Notes: a model not told the origin generated them from the sequence alone. Positions 38,701 through 47,476 are shown, counted from the first letter of the stretch. The stretch: 64,000 nucleotides of DNA from Planctomycetota bacterium (GCA_044358925.1 JBIKNC010000001.1:5797-69796), one strand, 5' to 3'. A program made the numbers and translations.

Positions 38701-39085
38701 GCGGCTGGAACACGACCGTCGTCGGATCGGGGGAGCCGTTCCCGAGCACCTTGGCCGAGAACTCACCGAGCGCCTGCTGGCCGCCCACCGTTCGGATCTG
38801 GATCGAGCTCGAGTTGATGCTCGCGAAGTCCACCGGGCTGCTGAAAACGAACTCGATCGGTCGGTTCAACTTCCAAGCGTTCTGGACGCCCGGAAGCATG
38901 CCGCCGACGGTCAAGAGTTCGAAGTTGCCGCCGGTGACCCCGCTCGAGGAGCTGCCTCCTCCACCGCCACACGAACTCGCGAGTGCCGCGAGGACGAGCG
39001 CCGTGCCTTGGAAACCGCGCCGCGCGACCTGGCCGACGAGGCCCGTGGTGCCGTGCTGCAAGCGTGCGTTGTCGACGTTCTTCAT
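35774..39085 (-). CDS. Large surface lipoprotein with Ig-like domains and a glycine-rich domain (1103 aa)
   Basis: Lipobox LASSC-GGGG. LNRPIEFVFSSPVDFASI, LEFDQAVNP, DLIG, GGxGG runs. Confidence 0.78.
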   Translation of the reverse strand: MKNVDNARLQHGTTGLVGQVARRGFQGTALVLAALASSCGGGGGSSSSGVTGGNFELLTVGGMLPGVQNAWKLNRPIEFVFSSPVDFASINSSSIQIRTVGGQQALGEFSAKVLGNGSPDPTTVVFQPRCPTSSDFSDAGLDLATAYTVVIVGQDAGGIAVQDSTGRTLATSQQRSFTTPASTTSSELFFDTKAGPPQVLVLTTTSAPEAVASFIRVGDTTPVDTEFELDSQLEPIEIDGLPVNLFSGGDQRLSVFLEFDQAVNPSLVNVSSDRLRLQFLDPLTLTWVNLPTSPTLIKNCTTTGAQVRLDPVGILPPDVQLRVEVAAAFQDLIGDQNALALNQFSSFRTAVQIDPSFNPQAVADELLESFDDTSRFDTTSLSALPRADWSGGRLEAKLAFETSPDPNFPADFDFVLAINEVEVVNTAADFITGGPNGANTFNQVVTGGRIYCRNLVLNPGSILRFEGPNPARIFATGFVDLRGTIQGLGFDAQDQSSLQSATSIAGASGNLGGGDGGVASPSNVITQPDIKGGDGFGPNDLSNFGGDGGESGYGTVSDVNRRVGGGGGGVTNSQLIVAPAQFHQGQNHSPIVNQGSPQAVPPLTLAYASPGNEGTVIVNDNPTTGARSCVTNISPPLGGPIGDSLFLDTTPTNNFFGVRQQNPTTLIMGELSAPTAGSGGGAGGDSIRQVNFPAGFTQTNNMRGASGAGGGGLIEIKCLGVFSVIGNGRVTVAGGTGARGEQRPSDPRGVAGGSGGGSGGMIIVESATRYDFTQAAVNPSAPTTQIAPIFQAEGGLGGPGANGNGNAYGSFASGLAGGGNGGHGIVQIHLSSTLIGDDILLRPAPFVQNINQVARPNPFLCVRTFGSLSRAETKPIAVGGANLNPASVLPQVQYDFSTLPIATGFIPSTAGTINEETAILTGTVDSVSNANKRVVLDATVLFNDPVDNVYLRNTQLLRQFEIELTQGVTTGSFTVAAAAFDVLTNVLTLDLEGAPDLTAFTPGGTTYELIPRFYRVRTAGTADSIDAESRIAVEFQGLAAGVAGQPGAVVVDWTTNMSTLSTAPQTIEFVKFRVTFDIDTANNGLTGNEELPSLDFVRFLLQF

Positions 39086-39113
39086 GTTGATCGAGGGTCC
39101 TGTGTCGAGCGAA

Positions 39114-42100
39114 TCAGTACGTGAACGCCACGCCGATCGACGAGAGCGTCGGCGACAGGCCCGAGTCGGTGTTGTTGAGGAACGTGATGCGGTGCTGGAC
39201 GTAGCGGATACCAGAGAGCTGGTTGATGGACGAGCGCCAACCCGGGGCCGTGGGAGCCGTGAAGACGAAGTCCGTGTTCATGAAGGCCGTCGGCTGCGAA
39301 GCGAGCAGCGGCGGCGCACCCGTGCACGTCGTGAGACCGTTGGTCGCCACGGGAGCGTGCTCGCCGTACACGTCGAGGAACGACGCGTCGAGGATCTGGT
39401 TGCCCGGACCCGGCGGAGCGGTCGCGATGACGGTGTCGTGGCCGCGGAACGCCAGGTTGACCTGGGTGCCCAGCGGCTGTGACACCGAGGACGGCTCGAC
39501 CACGACCGTCGTGTAGATCGGATCGGGCTGAGCGTTCGCGTCGATGGCCGTCGAGAAGGCGCGGCTGATTCGGACGACGAAGTCGACCTGACCGAAGTAC
39601 ACCGTGTTGTCGAGACCGGCGGTGATGGCGCCCAGGGGCGGCAGACCCGGACCCGTGAGTCCTTGGAAACCACCGGTCGGTGACGTCTGGAGATCGGGGT
39701 TCTTCACGACGGCGGCGCCGGACGTGTTGTAGCCGCCGGTGGAGAACGCGCGGTGCGACGGGTCCTTCGACGAACCGTTGGAGATGACGATGTCGAAGTT
39801 GATGAGCGCGAGCGTCTCGGTCGGATAGGTGCGGTGTTCGATCAACAGCGGGAGGGCCGCCGTCGGCAGACCGTTGTCACCGCCACCGCCCCACACGGAG
39901 CCGAAGCAGGCCGGGAAGCCGACGATCTGCACTTCCTGTTCGGAGGGCACACCCGGTCCGATCGTCGAGCCGTTGGGCGCGAGCTGACCGCGGGTGGTGA
40001 TCGAAGTGTTGCGCCAAGTGAAGAGCTCGCGCTCCTCGGGATCCAGACCCTTGTTCATCGGCAGGCGCAGGAGCGGCGTCCCCGAGTCCGCGGTTGCGAG
40101 TTCGGTCGTCGCGACGACGAAGCCGAGTTCGCGCGCGTGCATGGGCTGCGGCTGCTGATCCGGAACCTGGAGGTACGTGTCCGCGAACGACGAACCGCTG
40201 GCGAAGCCGGAGTTCGCGTAGTCGGGGTAGAACGAGAGCTGGTTCAGGAACTCGTCCGGACTGCGGCGTGAGTGCGCCATGCCGACCGAGTACTCGGGGT
40301 AGAAGGCCGCGACGATCTGCCCGCCCACCGGACTCAGGTACGCGAACTCGACGTCGAGGTCGACGAACGTGCCGTCCTGGCGCGAGACGTCGAGGCCCAT
40401 GTCCGAGTAGCGCCACAAGTGGTGCAAACGACTGCCGAGGTTCGACAGCGGCGTTTGCACTCCGGGCACGGCCGGCGTTTGCATCACCGCGACCATCGGC
40501 TGGCTCTGGTCGACGAAGCGCGCGAAGCGGCTGACCGGACGCGGGCGGATGATGCCCTCGTCGGGCAGTTGGATGACCTGGCCGCGCAGTTCGCCGATGG
40601 CGTCGCCGGTTTCGTCGAGGTTGGCGCCCGAGAAGCGGAACACGTAACCGCCGTTGCGGAAGGTCGGCGTGCTGGCGACGGTGAAGCTGACGGTGGGCAG
40701 CACGCTGTCGAGCAGGTTGCCCGCGAGGTCGCGCAATCCGCCGTTCGTCTCGTCGGAGACGATCGTCAGGAAGTAGTCGAGCACGTTCGCGTCACCGGCG
40801 TACGGCCCCGTGTTCGCGAACGGCAGCACCGGTTGGAAGCGCGCTTCGCGCAGGTCGGGGGAGAAGGCGATCGAGCCCACGACGTTCTGATAGAAGGTCT
40901 GGGCCGCGTTCCGACTGATGCGGAAGGTGTCGAACGCCCCGAAGCTCTCGGGGTCCATCGCCTCCGAGAACGTGATCGCGACTTGCGCGGCATTCGGAAC
41001 GTTCGTCGCGGGAGCGGTGCCGGCCGACGGCGCGAAGTTGAGGAAACACGGCGCGACGCCGAGGCCGGCGTACTCCGGGCGCCACGGGTAGCGGTAGAGC
41101 GCGTTGCCCGCGATGTCTTCCGGTGCGATCGGGTCGCGGTCGCGCGGCGCCGAGACGAGCAGCGAAGTCACCGTACCGCCCGCTTGGGTCGCGGACTCGA
41201 GGACCTCGAGCAACAGCGTGTTGGAGACCTGGACGATGTGCCCGGCCAGAGCGTCCACCGCGCAGCCGATGGTGATGTACGCGAAGTCGATCTCGAACTC
41301 GTAGCCGAAGTCCGGTTCGCTCGGTTCGTCGGCGTTGATCGGGCGCGTGATGTTCGCGAGCGGGATGAAGATGCTCTGCCCGCCGAGCACGGCCGGTGCC
41401 ACGGTGTCGATCAGGAAACCGTTGTTCGGCTCGCTGCTCGTTCCCGTGCGCATGGCGCGAACGACGTCGGCCGTCGGATTCGTTTCGAAGGGCTCGTTGC
41501 CCACGGTCGCCAGCCGGCGACCGTCGAGGTTCGTCAAGAGTCGGAACTGACCGTTCGAGGGCGATTGGAGCGTCGGGATGAAGATCGCGACGTTCGCGAG
41601 GAACTGAGAGTTCGACAGCGGGAGACCGAGGCTGTTGAGCGGCAGCGAATCGTTCTCGGTGAGCTCGGTCTGGTTGACCGTCATGTCGACGATCATGCGC
41701 GTGCTGTGGAACTCGCCCGTCACCGGATCGAGCCCGCCGAAGTTCGGATCCGCGAAGATGCGTGCGTCGAACGGAATGACCGGCGGGTTGCCCGTGAGCA
41801 CCTTGACCGTGTCGCCGTTGACGATGGTCTCTTCGTCGATCAAGTCGTCGAACTGCACGACGATCGCGCAGTTGCGGGCGATGCGCGTGAGCGTTCCGAT
41901 CGCTTCGGTGTCGCGGAACTCGATGTCGGTGACGGTCGCGGACGCTTCCTCCAGCAGGAAGTCGAACGCGTCCTTGATCTGCACGCCGTTCGCGTCGGCG
42001 TCGATCTCGTTCTGCGCGAGGATCGTGAGGCGCACCTCACCGGTGACGACGTTCGAGTCGACCTCCCACTTGCTGAGCTCCGAGACGACGTCCTCGCCGA

Positions 42101-42512
42101 TGACGTAGTCGGGGTAGACGAGCCTCGAGTCACCCGACGGCGCCCTGTCGTAGACGTCGACGAGCCGCCCCCAGTACATCGACGAGATCACGACGTCCAG
42201 CTCCCGGCCCCCACCGTGCGGATCGACGATGTACTGATCGCCGTTGTACGGCGTGGCGGTCGGCGACTTGCCGTTCGACGTGCTGACCTGGCCCTGGGCC
42301 TGGTCGAGGAAGATGATCGGCTTGGCGCCGCGGCCCCCGCAGGAGACCAGAAGACCCGCGGACATCAGCGCGAGCGCGCTGCCCGTGCGGCCCAGCGCGG
42401 ATCGGCCCAGCACGATCCGGCTCTGGCTGGACCGGCTCGATCGACGTGCGCTCGCGGAAGCGAGCTGGCCTTCGGTGGACGACCTCGAAGTGAACGGCGA
42501 GAAGTACGTCAT
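39114..42512 (-). CDS. Large surface lipoprotein with Ig-like domains (about 1130 aa)
   Basis: GGAG ribosome-binding site before ATG 42512. Lipobox LVSC-GG. RNCAIVVQFDDLID, ITFSEAMDP, LRDLAGN. Confidence 0.75.
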   Translation of the reverse strand: MTYFSPFTSRSSTEGQLASASARRSSRSSQSRIVLGRSALGRTGSALALMSAGLLVSCGGRGAKPIIFLDQAQGQVSTSNGKSPTATPYNGDQYIVDPHGGGRELDVVISSMYWGRLVDVYDRAPSGDSRLVYPDYVIGEDVVSELSKWEVDSNVVTGEVRLTILAQNEIDADANGVQIKDAFDFLLEEASATVTDIEFRDTEAIGTLTRIARNCAIVVQFDDLIDEETIVNGDTVKVLTGNPPVIPFDARIFADPNFGGLDPVTGEFHSTRMIVDMTVNQTELTENDSLPLNSLGLPLSNSQFLANVAIFIPTLQSPSNGQFRLLTNLDGRRLATVGNEPFETNPTADVVRAMRTGTSSEPNNGFLIDTVAPAVLGGQSIFIPLANITRPINADEPSEPDFGYEFEIDFAYITIGCAVDALAGHIVQVSNTLLLEVLESATQAGGTVTSLLVSAPRDRDPIAPEDIAGNALYRYPWRPEYAGLGVAPCFLNFAPSAGTAPATNVPNAAQVAITFSEAMDPESFGAFDTFRISRNAAQTFYQNVVGSIAFSPDLREARFQPVLPFANTGPYAGDANVLDYFLTIVSDETNGGLRDLAGNLLDSVLPTVSFTVASTPTFRNGGYVFRFSGANLDETGDAIGELRGQVIQLPDEGIIRPRPVSRFARFVDQSQPMVAVMQTPAVPGVQTPLSNLGSRLHHLWRYSDMGLDVSRQDGTFVDLDVEFAYLSPVGGQIVAAFYPEYSVGMAHSRRSPDEFLNQLSFYPDYANSGFASGSSFADTYLQVPDQQPQPMHARELGFVVATTELATADSGTPLLRLPMNKGLDPEERELFTWRNTSITTRGQLAPNGSTIGPGVPSEQEVQIVGFPACFGSVWGGGGDNGLPTAALPLLIEHRTYPTETLALINFDIVISNGSSKDPSHRAFSTGGYNTSGAAVVKNPDLQTSPTGGFQGLTGPGLPPLGAITAGLDNTVYFGQVDFVVRISRAFSTAIDANAQPDPIYTTVVVEPSSVSQPLGTQVNLAFRGHDTVIATAPPGPGNQILDASFLDVYGEHAPVATNGLTTCTGAPPLLASQPTAFMNTDFVFTAPTAPGWRSSINQLSGIRYVQHRITFLNNTDSGLSPTLSSIGVAFTY

Positions 42513-42666
42513 GGCGCTCCGCGAAGGCGGCGGCCGGCGCCTCGATGGAGGTGCCGCGGCCGACGCCGGTCGGGATGGGGTGGCCCGGGAAGCCGTCGAA
42601 GGCGCCCGGGGTGGGGAAGGAGGTCGAGTGACCGCGTCGAAGCGGCCGCCCTGGGTTGGGGCGCCC

Positions 42667-42695
42667 ATTCTTCGAAGCGATGCCGAAGGGGTCAA
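42667..42695 (-). promoter_or_regulatory. Putative sigma70 promoter of the large lipoprotein operon
   Basis: TTGACC-N17-AAGAAT on the minus strand, about 150 nt upstream of ATG 42512. Confidence 0.5.
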
Positions 42696-42831
42696 GAACG
42701 CGGGTCGACGCGTGCTGACTCCCCGAGGCCGGTGGCGGCAACAAGAAGCGTACCGCCGGCTCCCTGTGCGCTCCTCCCCCCGCACGCGGGCTGCACGGAT
42801 TTTCGCTGTGCGCTTTCGCGCAGGAGGCGCG

Positions 42832-44181
42832 TCAGGAGCGTGCGAAGCCTCGCTCCAGTGCCTCGCGTTCGTCGGCGACGAAGACCAGGTCGTCGATCGG
42901 AATCGCGCCGGCCCGCGGGTCGGCGCGCGGGAACCACTGACGGTCGCGGCGGCTGGCCACGAAGGCCGCGGTCAGTTCGTGGTTGCAGTAGGCGCAGGCC
43001 GCGCGCAGAGGATGGCGGGAGCGCAGTCGGAAGGCCGGCGGGACGTGGCGCGTCTCGGTGTGCGAGATGCAGCTGTCGTTCGGGCACGGGCTCTTGCCGG
43101 CCGGCAGGTCGTGGAAGTCGGCGGCCACGGCCGGGCGTGCGCCGGGGATCGGAACGGTGCCGAGCAGGTGCCCGAGGATCGCCATGCGGATCGGCACGCC
43201 GCGCGCCGCCTGTTTGAAGTAGACACCGCGCGGATCGTTGTCCATCGACGAGTCGAGCTCGTCGCGGCGCGGCAGCGGGTGCATCACGAGCGCGTCGCGC
43301 AACGGCTCGAGCGCCATCGTCTCCGCCCCCACGCGCATGTAGCGATCCGAGTTCTCGCCGTGGTGGCGTTCGGTCTGCGCGCGCGTCATGTAGAGCGCGT
43401 CGACACGCCGCACTTCGAGGCTCGACAGCTCGGTGAAGAGGCTCAACTGGTGCGGCTTGTGCGGCGTCAGGTAGAGCGCGTCCGACTCGAGCGCGAGGTC
43501 GCCGAGTTGCCGCGCGTCCGCGCGCACGGGTTCGGCTCCGAACTCCTCGTGCAAGCGGCGCAGCACGTAGTCCGGCAACTCGAGGCCCGGGTGCGGCACA
43601 CACACGATGTTCGCGCGGAAGCGTGCGAGCGCGTAGATGAACGAGTGGATCGTGCGGCTGTAACGCAGGTCGCCCGCGAGCACCACGTCGAGGCCTTCGA
43701 GTCGGCCGCGTTCGATCCACAGCGTGTACAGGTCGCACAGCGTCTGCGTCGGGTGTTCGTGGCTGCCGTCGCCCGCGTTGACGACGGGCACCGTCGAGTA
43801 GCGCGACGCGAGACGTGCGGCGCCTTCGCTCGGATGGCGCAGCACAATCAGGTCCGCGTAGCCCGAGACGACGCGCACCGTGTCGGCGAGCGACTCGCCC
43901 TTCTGCGCACTCGAGCTCTTCATCTCGGCCGCGGTGAGCACTCCCCCGCCGAGGCGCAGCATCGCGGACTCGAACGACAGGCGCGTGCGCGTCGAGGCCT
44001 CGTAGAACAGGCTCGCGCTGATGCGTCCGGGGCAGAGCGCTGCGTGCGCGCGCAGGTCCTGGCCGAACTCGCGCGCGCGTTCGAAGAGCGCGAGGATCTC
44101 GTCGGTCGCGAGGTCGTCGATCGAGACGAGGTGGCGGATGACGGGCGACGTGTTCGAGGACGCGGGCGCGGATGCGTTCAC
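42832..44181 (-). CDS. pyrB: Aspartate carbamoyltransferase catalytic chain fused to a PyrI-type Zn domain and an extra C-terminal domain
   Basis: FYEASTRT..SF, KGESLADT, NAGDG.HEHPTQ, GDLRYSRT.HS, MHPLPR, YFKQA; then CPNDSCI...CAYC. Confidence 0.9.
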   Translation of the reverse strand: MNASAPASSNTSPVIRHLVSIDDLATDEILALFERAREFGQDLRAHAALCPGRISASLFYEASTRTRLSFESAMLRLGGGVLTAAEMKSSSAQKGESLADTVRVVSGYADLIVLRHPSEGAARLASRYSTVPVVNAGDGSHEHPTQTLCDLYTLWIERGRLEGLDVVLAGDLRYSRTIHSFIYALARFRANIVCVPHPGLELPDYVLRRLHEEFGAEPVRADARQLGDLALESDALYLTPHKPHQLSLFTELSSLEVRRVDALYMTRAQTERHHGENSDRYMRVGAETMALEPLRDALVMHPLPRRDELDSSMDNDPRGVYFKQAARGVPIRMAILGHLLGTVPIPGARPAVAADFHDLPAGKSPCPNDSCISHTETRHVPPAFRLRSRHPLRAACAYCNHELTAAFVASRRDRQWFPRADPRAGAIPIDDLVFVADEREALERGFARS

Positions 44182-44239
44182 GAGCGCAGAGGTTCGCACA
44201 GCGCACCCCGTGACGGGAAGTGTCGGAGCGCTCGAACGG

Positions 44240-45496
44240 TCAGGTGCGAGGCGCGCGCCCGTCGAACGCGCGCTGTTCGGACGCGTGCCCGTCCGTGAGC
44301 ACGGCCGCCGGCGTGAACGCGCCCGCGAGGCTCGCACGGCGCACCGCATCGTCGCCGCCGATCGCGACGTGTTCGAGGCGCGCAGCGAGCCGCTCGTCGA
44401 ACGCGACCGCCCGGCCGGACTGCCAGGGTGCGGCAACGAGTCGCAGCGCCGCGCCGATCGCGCGCCACACGACGCGACGCGCCGCCTGGACGTCGGTCGC
44501 CGCGGACACGCCGAGTGTCTCGCCCACCGCCGATACCAGGTCGGCACGCGTCACGAGACTCACGACGCGGGCACCGACGAACTCGCGCGGCACGGGCGCC
44601 GGCGCGTCGGCCGGTGAACACCACAACACGAGGTCGGCCGCACGCGCGACACGCGCGCCGAGGCGCTGGCCCGCACGTTCGAGAGCGTGCGCGTCGGGAG
44701 CCACTTCGTACGGTCGCTCGGCTCTCTCGCGAGCCGACGCCGACTCCTCGTTCACGTCGTCAGCGACGAACGGTCCGTCGGGCCTGTCGAGTGCGTCGTC
44801 GCGCTCGCCGGTCGCGCTTCGTTCGAGTGCGCGCCGCCCCGCCGTGTCCACGAGTTCGATCACGAGATCGCCGCCCTGCACGAGTTCGCGAACGGCGTCG
44901 CGTGTGGTGCCCGCGAGCGGGCTGGCGAGCACGCGCTCCCGCCCCGCGAGCACGTTGAACAGCGTCGACTTGCCGGCGTTGACCGGCCCGGCGAGGACGA
45001 CGCGCGGCGGCAGCAGGTAGGGCTGCGCGGCTCGGCCGAGTTCTGCGAGTTCGCGCGCACGCGCAGCCGCAGCGGGCGCTGTTGCGAGTTCGGCGAGTGC
45101 GCGTTCGAGCGCGCCCTCGGACTGATCGAGCAGGATGCGCGCGCCGGCTTCGGACACCGCGAACGGCAAGCGGCGCGTCGCGACCTGTGACCACGTCGTC
45201 GCCGGCGGCAACAGCGTCTCGCCACCGAGTGCGCGCACGCAACGCTCGACCACCGCGACACCGCCGTGCAGACACACGTCGACTCCGTCGTCGCACACGA
45301 CGAGCAGCGCTTCATCGAGTTGCTCGCCGTCGTCGACGAGGCGCGCGAGCACGACGCGGCCCGCCGTGAGTGTGCTCGCGTTCGCGAGTCGTCGCACGGC
45401 AGCGAGTGCGCCGGGCCCGCGCACTTCGATCACGGCCACCGCACCGGCCGCACGCGCCGTCGCGACACACACCGAGAACGGCGCGCTCGCGTTCAT
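44240..45496 (-). CDS. MnmE/TrmE-like GTPase, atypical
   Basis: GAVAVI..RG, DEAL, LHGG..V N-domain; GPVNAGKSTL.N.L, AGTTRD, DTAG. No terminal CxGK. Confidence 0.75.
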   Translation of the reverse strand: MNASAPFSVCVATARAAGAVAVIEVRGPGALAAVRRLANASTLTAGRVVLARLVDDGEQLDEALLVVCDDGVDVCLHGGVAVVERCVRALGGETLLPPATTWSQVATRRLPFAVSEAGARILLDQSEGALERALAELATAPAAAARARELAELGRAAQPYLLPPRVVLAGPVNAGKSTLFNVLAGRERVLASPLAGTTRDAVRELVQGGDLVIELVDTAGRRALERSATGERDDALDRPDGPFVADDVNEESASARERAERPYEVAPDAHALERAGQRLGARVARAADLVLWCSPADAPAPVPREFVGARVVSLVTRADLVSAVGETLGVSAATDVQAARRVVWRAIGAALRLVAAPWQSGRAVAFDERLAARLEHVAIGGDDAVRRASLAGAFTPAAVLTDGHASEQRAFDGRAPRT

Positions 45497-46431
45497 CGCT
45501 GCGTGCTCGTCGCTTCGTCGAACGCTGCGAGCAGTCCTTCGTGCACGAGCCACGGCACGTGCTCTGCATGTTCGATGACGGGCGGCGCCGCGAGGAGCCA
45601 CGGCGCACCGCCGCCCGTCACGAAGCGCGGCGCGCCGGCGAGGCGCGCTTCGAGTGCGACCAGCCGCGCGAGTTCGCGCACCGCGCCGCGCAGGCCGTGG
45701 ACCACACCGGAGCGCAGCGCTTGCGCGCTCTCGCGCCCGAGAGCGGGCACGTGGGCGAGGTCGACGGTGCCATCACACGCGCCATCGTTCGTGCCGTGCA
45801 GCTCGACTTCGAACAGACGCGCGGCGCCTGCACCGAGCGCGCGCCGCAAGAGATCCACGCCGGGCGCGATCGCGCCGCCGAGGAAGGCGGGCCGGCCGGC
45901 TGCGGTGACTCCGAGCGCATCGACGGTCACCGCCGTCCCTGCGTCGACGACGAGCGCCGGTCCGCGTGCGCGTTCCCACGCGCCGCGCGCCGCCCACAAG
46001 CGATCCGCGCCGATCGTGTGCACGTGACGACACGCGGCGAGGTCGAGACCGTGTTTCAACGCTTGCACCGCAGGCGGCGCCGTTGCGCGAGCGGCTCCGG
46101 GCGCAACCTCGCGCACGATTTCGTGCACACGTGCGCCGGCAGCGTGTGCAACGGCGACGAGACGCGCGCGCACCTCGTCGCTCGCGACGCACGACACGAG
46201 CACGTCGGGAACGTTCTCGAAGAGCTGCCCGAAGCCGCGGTCGGTGAACGGGGCGGGCGGCGCACTCGTGAATGCCGCGTGCTCGACACGTGTGTGCCCG
46301 AGCACGGTGTGCGCGGCGCCGCTTTCAGCACGGTCGCCGCTCCCCCACCACAGAACTTTGGTCGCGCCGTTGCCGATGTCGGCCGTCGCGACGCGTGTCC
46401 CGACAGGTGCGCGCGTGCGCGACTCGCTCAC
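45493..46431 (-). CDS. coaX: Type III pantothenate kinase
   Basis: DIGN..TK, GADR, VVDAGTA.TVD, FLGGAIAPG, VTGG. Confidence 0.85.
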   Translation of the reverse strand: MSESRTRAPVGTRVATADIGNGATKVLWWGSGDRAESGAAHTVLGHTRVEHAAFTSAPPAPFTDRGFGQLFENVPDVLVSCVASDEVRARLVAVAHAAGARVHEIVREVAPGAARATAPPAVQALKHGLDLAACRHVHTIGADRLWAARGAWERARGPALVVDAGTAVTVDALGVTAAGRPAFLGGAIAPGVDLLRRALGAGAARLFEVELHGTNDGACDGTVDLAHVPALGRESAQALRSGVVHGLRGAVRELARLVALEARLAGAPRFVTGGGAPWLLAAPPVIEHAEHVPWLVHEGLLAAFDEATSTQR

Positions 46432-46432
46432 G

Positions 46433-47476
46433 TCACTTGGGCGGCGTCTGCACCGTGATGGTGCGGTCCTTGCCGGCGTTCGAGACGACCACTTCCCAGA
46501 CCTCGTAGTACTCGGAGTTGTTCTTGGCGAACGTGATCGCCTCGTTGACCGAGTTGACCGGGTGGCCGTTGACGCTCTTGATGACGTCACCGGAGACCAC
46601 GCCGAAGTCGGCCAGCACCGAACCGGCCGTGACGGTCAGGATCTCGATGCCCTCGGGCGCGCCCGTCTGCCGATTGCGCGCCGAGCGATGGCGCACTTCG
46701 TTCGAGAGGATGTCGAGGTAGTTCGTCTCGATGTGCAGCGCGTCGTCGGATCCGACGAGGTACTGGTTGCGACCCGTCTTGAGCGTCGCGGTCGGCCACG
46801 TGTCGAAGAGCTGCTGGCGCGTCGTGTCGTCGGCGTCGGGGAACGGCTCGCGGATCTCCGACAGACCGCCGCCGAGCAGCGGGATGTCACCCGAGATCGG
46901 CACCGGCGGTTTCACGACTTCGTCGGCGGGCGCGGTGTCGAAGTCACCGGGGCGCACACACGTGAACACGAGTCCGTCGGCGGCGTCGACCGAGACGAGC
47001 TTCCAGTAGTCGAACTGCGGCGGCAGGAGATCGCCGACTTTCAGAACGTGGCCGTCGACCTGTTCGCGCGCCTGGAAGGTCGCGAGTTGCCCGACGTACT
47101 TGACGACGGCGATGCTGCGGTCGGGTGTGGTCGTGTCCTGCTGGATGAAGAGGACTTGGAGGAGGCGGTCGACCGGGACGTGCTTCTTGGTGGGCGCAGC
47201 CGTCGGTGTGTCGTCGGGCTTCGGGGGCGGCGGCGCCTCCTTGCCCGTCCAGTTCATCGTGTGGAACACGTTGCGGATCGGGTCGTAGGGCAGCTCGGGC
47301 AGCTTCTCCTCGGGCGGCGCCTTCTGATCGAACACCCGCGCCTGGTCCTCCGGGGTCACGTGGCGCGCTTGCCGCTCGAGACGCGTCTCGCGGTACTCGT
47401 AGGCGGACCAACCGATGCCGCCCAAGAAGGCGATGGCACCGAGCCAGAGGAGGACTTTGACGAAGCCGAGGTTCAT
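46433..47476 (-). CDS. GspC-like membrane protein with C-terminal PDZ domain
   Basis: N-terminal transmembrane segment, Pro linker, LKVGD HR-like domain, GS.L..FG..SGDVI.SVNG PDZ. Confidence 0.7.
   Translation of the reverse strand: MNLGFVKVLLWLGAIAFLGGIGWSAYEYRETRLERQARHVTPEDQARVFDQKAPPEEKLPELPYDPIRNVFHTMNWTGKEAPPPPKPDDTPTAAPTKKHVPVDRLLQVLFIQQDTTTPDRSIAVVKYVGQLATFQAREQVDGHVLKVGDLLPPQFDYWKLVSVDAADGLVFTCVRPGDFDTAPADEVVKPPVPISGDIPLLGGGLSEIREPFPDADDTTRQQLFDTWPTATLKTGRNQYLVGSDDALHIETNYLDILSNEVRHRSARNRQTGAPEGIEILTVTAGSVLADFGVVSGDVIKSVNGHPVNSVNEAITFAKNNSEYYEVWEVVVSNAGKDRTITVQTPPK

Noticed and set aside
42741-42755. Sigma54-like site CGGTACG-N4-TTGT upstream of the lipoprotein operon (also a weak GG-N10-GC near 22960-22975)
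   Set aside because: It lacks the conserved -12 GC, and a better sigma70-like promoter lies at 42667-42695. Too weak to call.
44164-45496. Adjacent mnmE-like and pyrB genes both starting MNASAP
   Set aside because: The codons differ and the pyrB start is uncertain, so this is probably coincidence.
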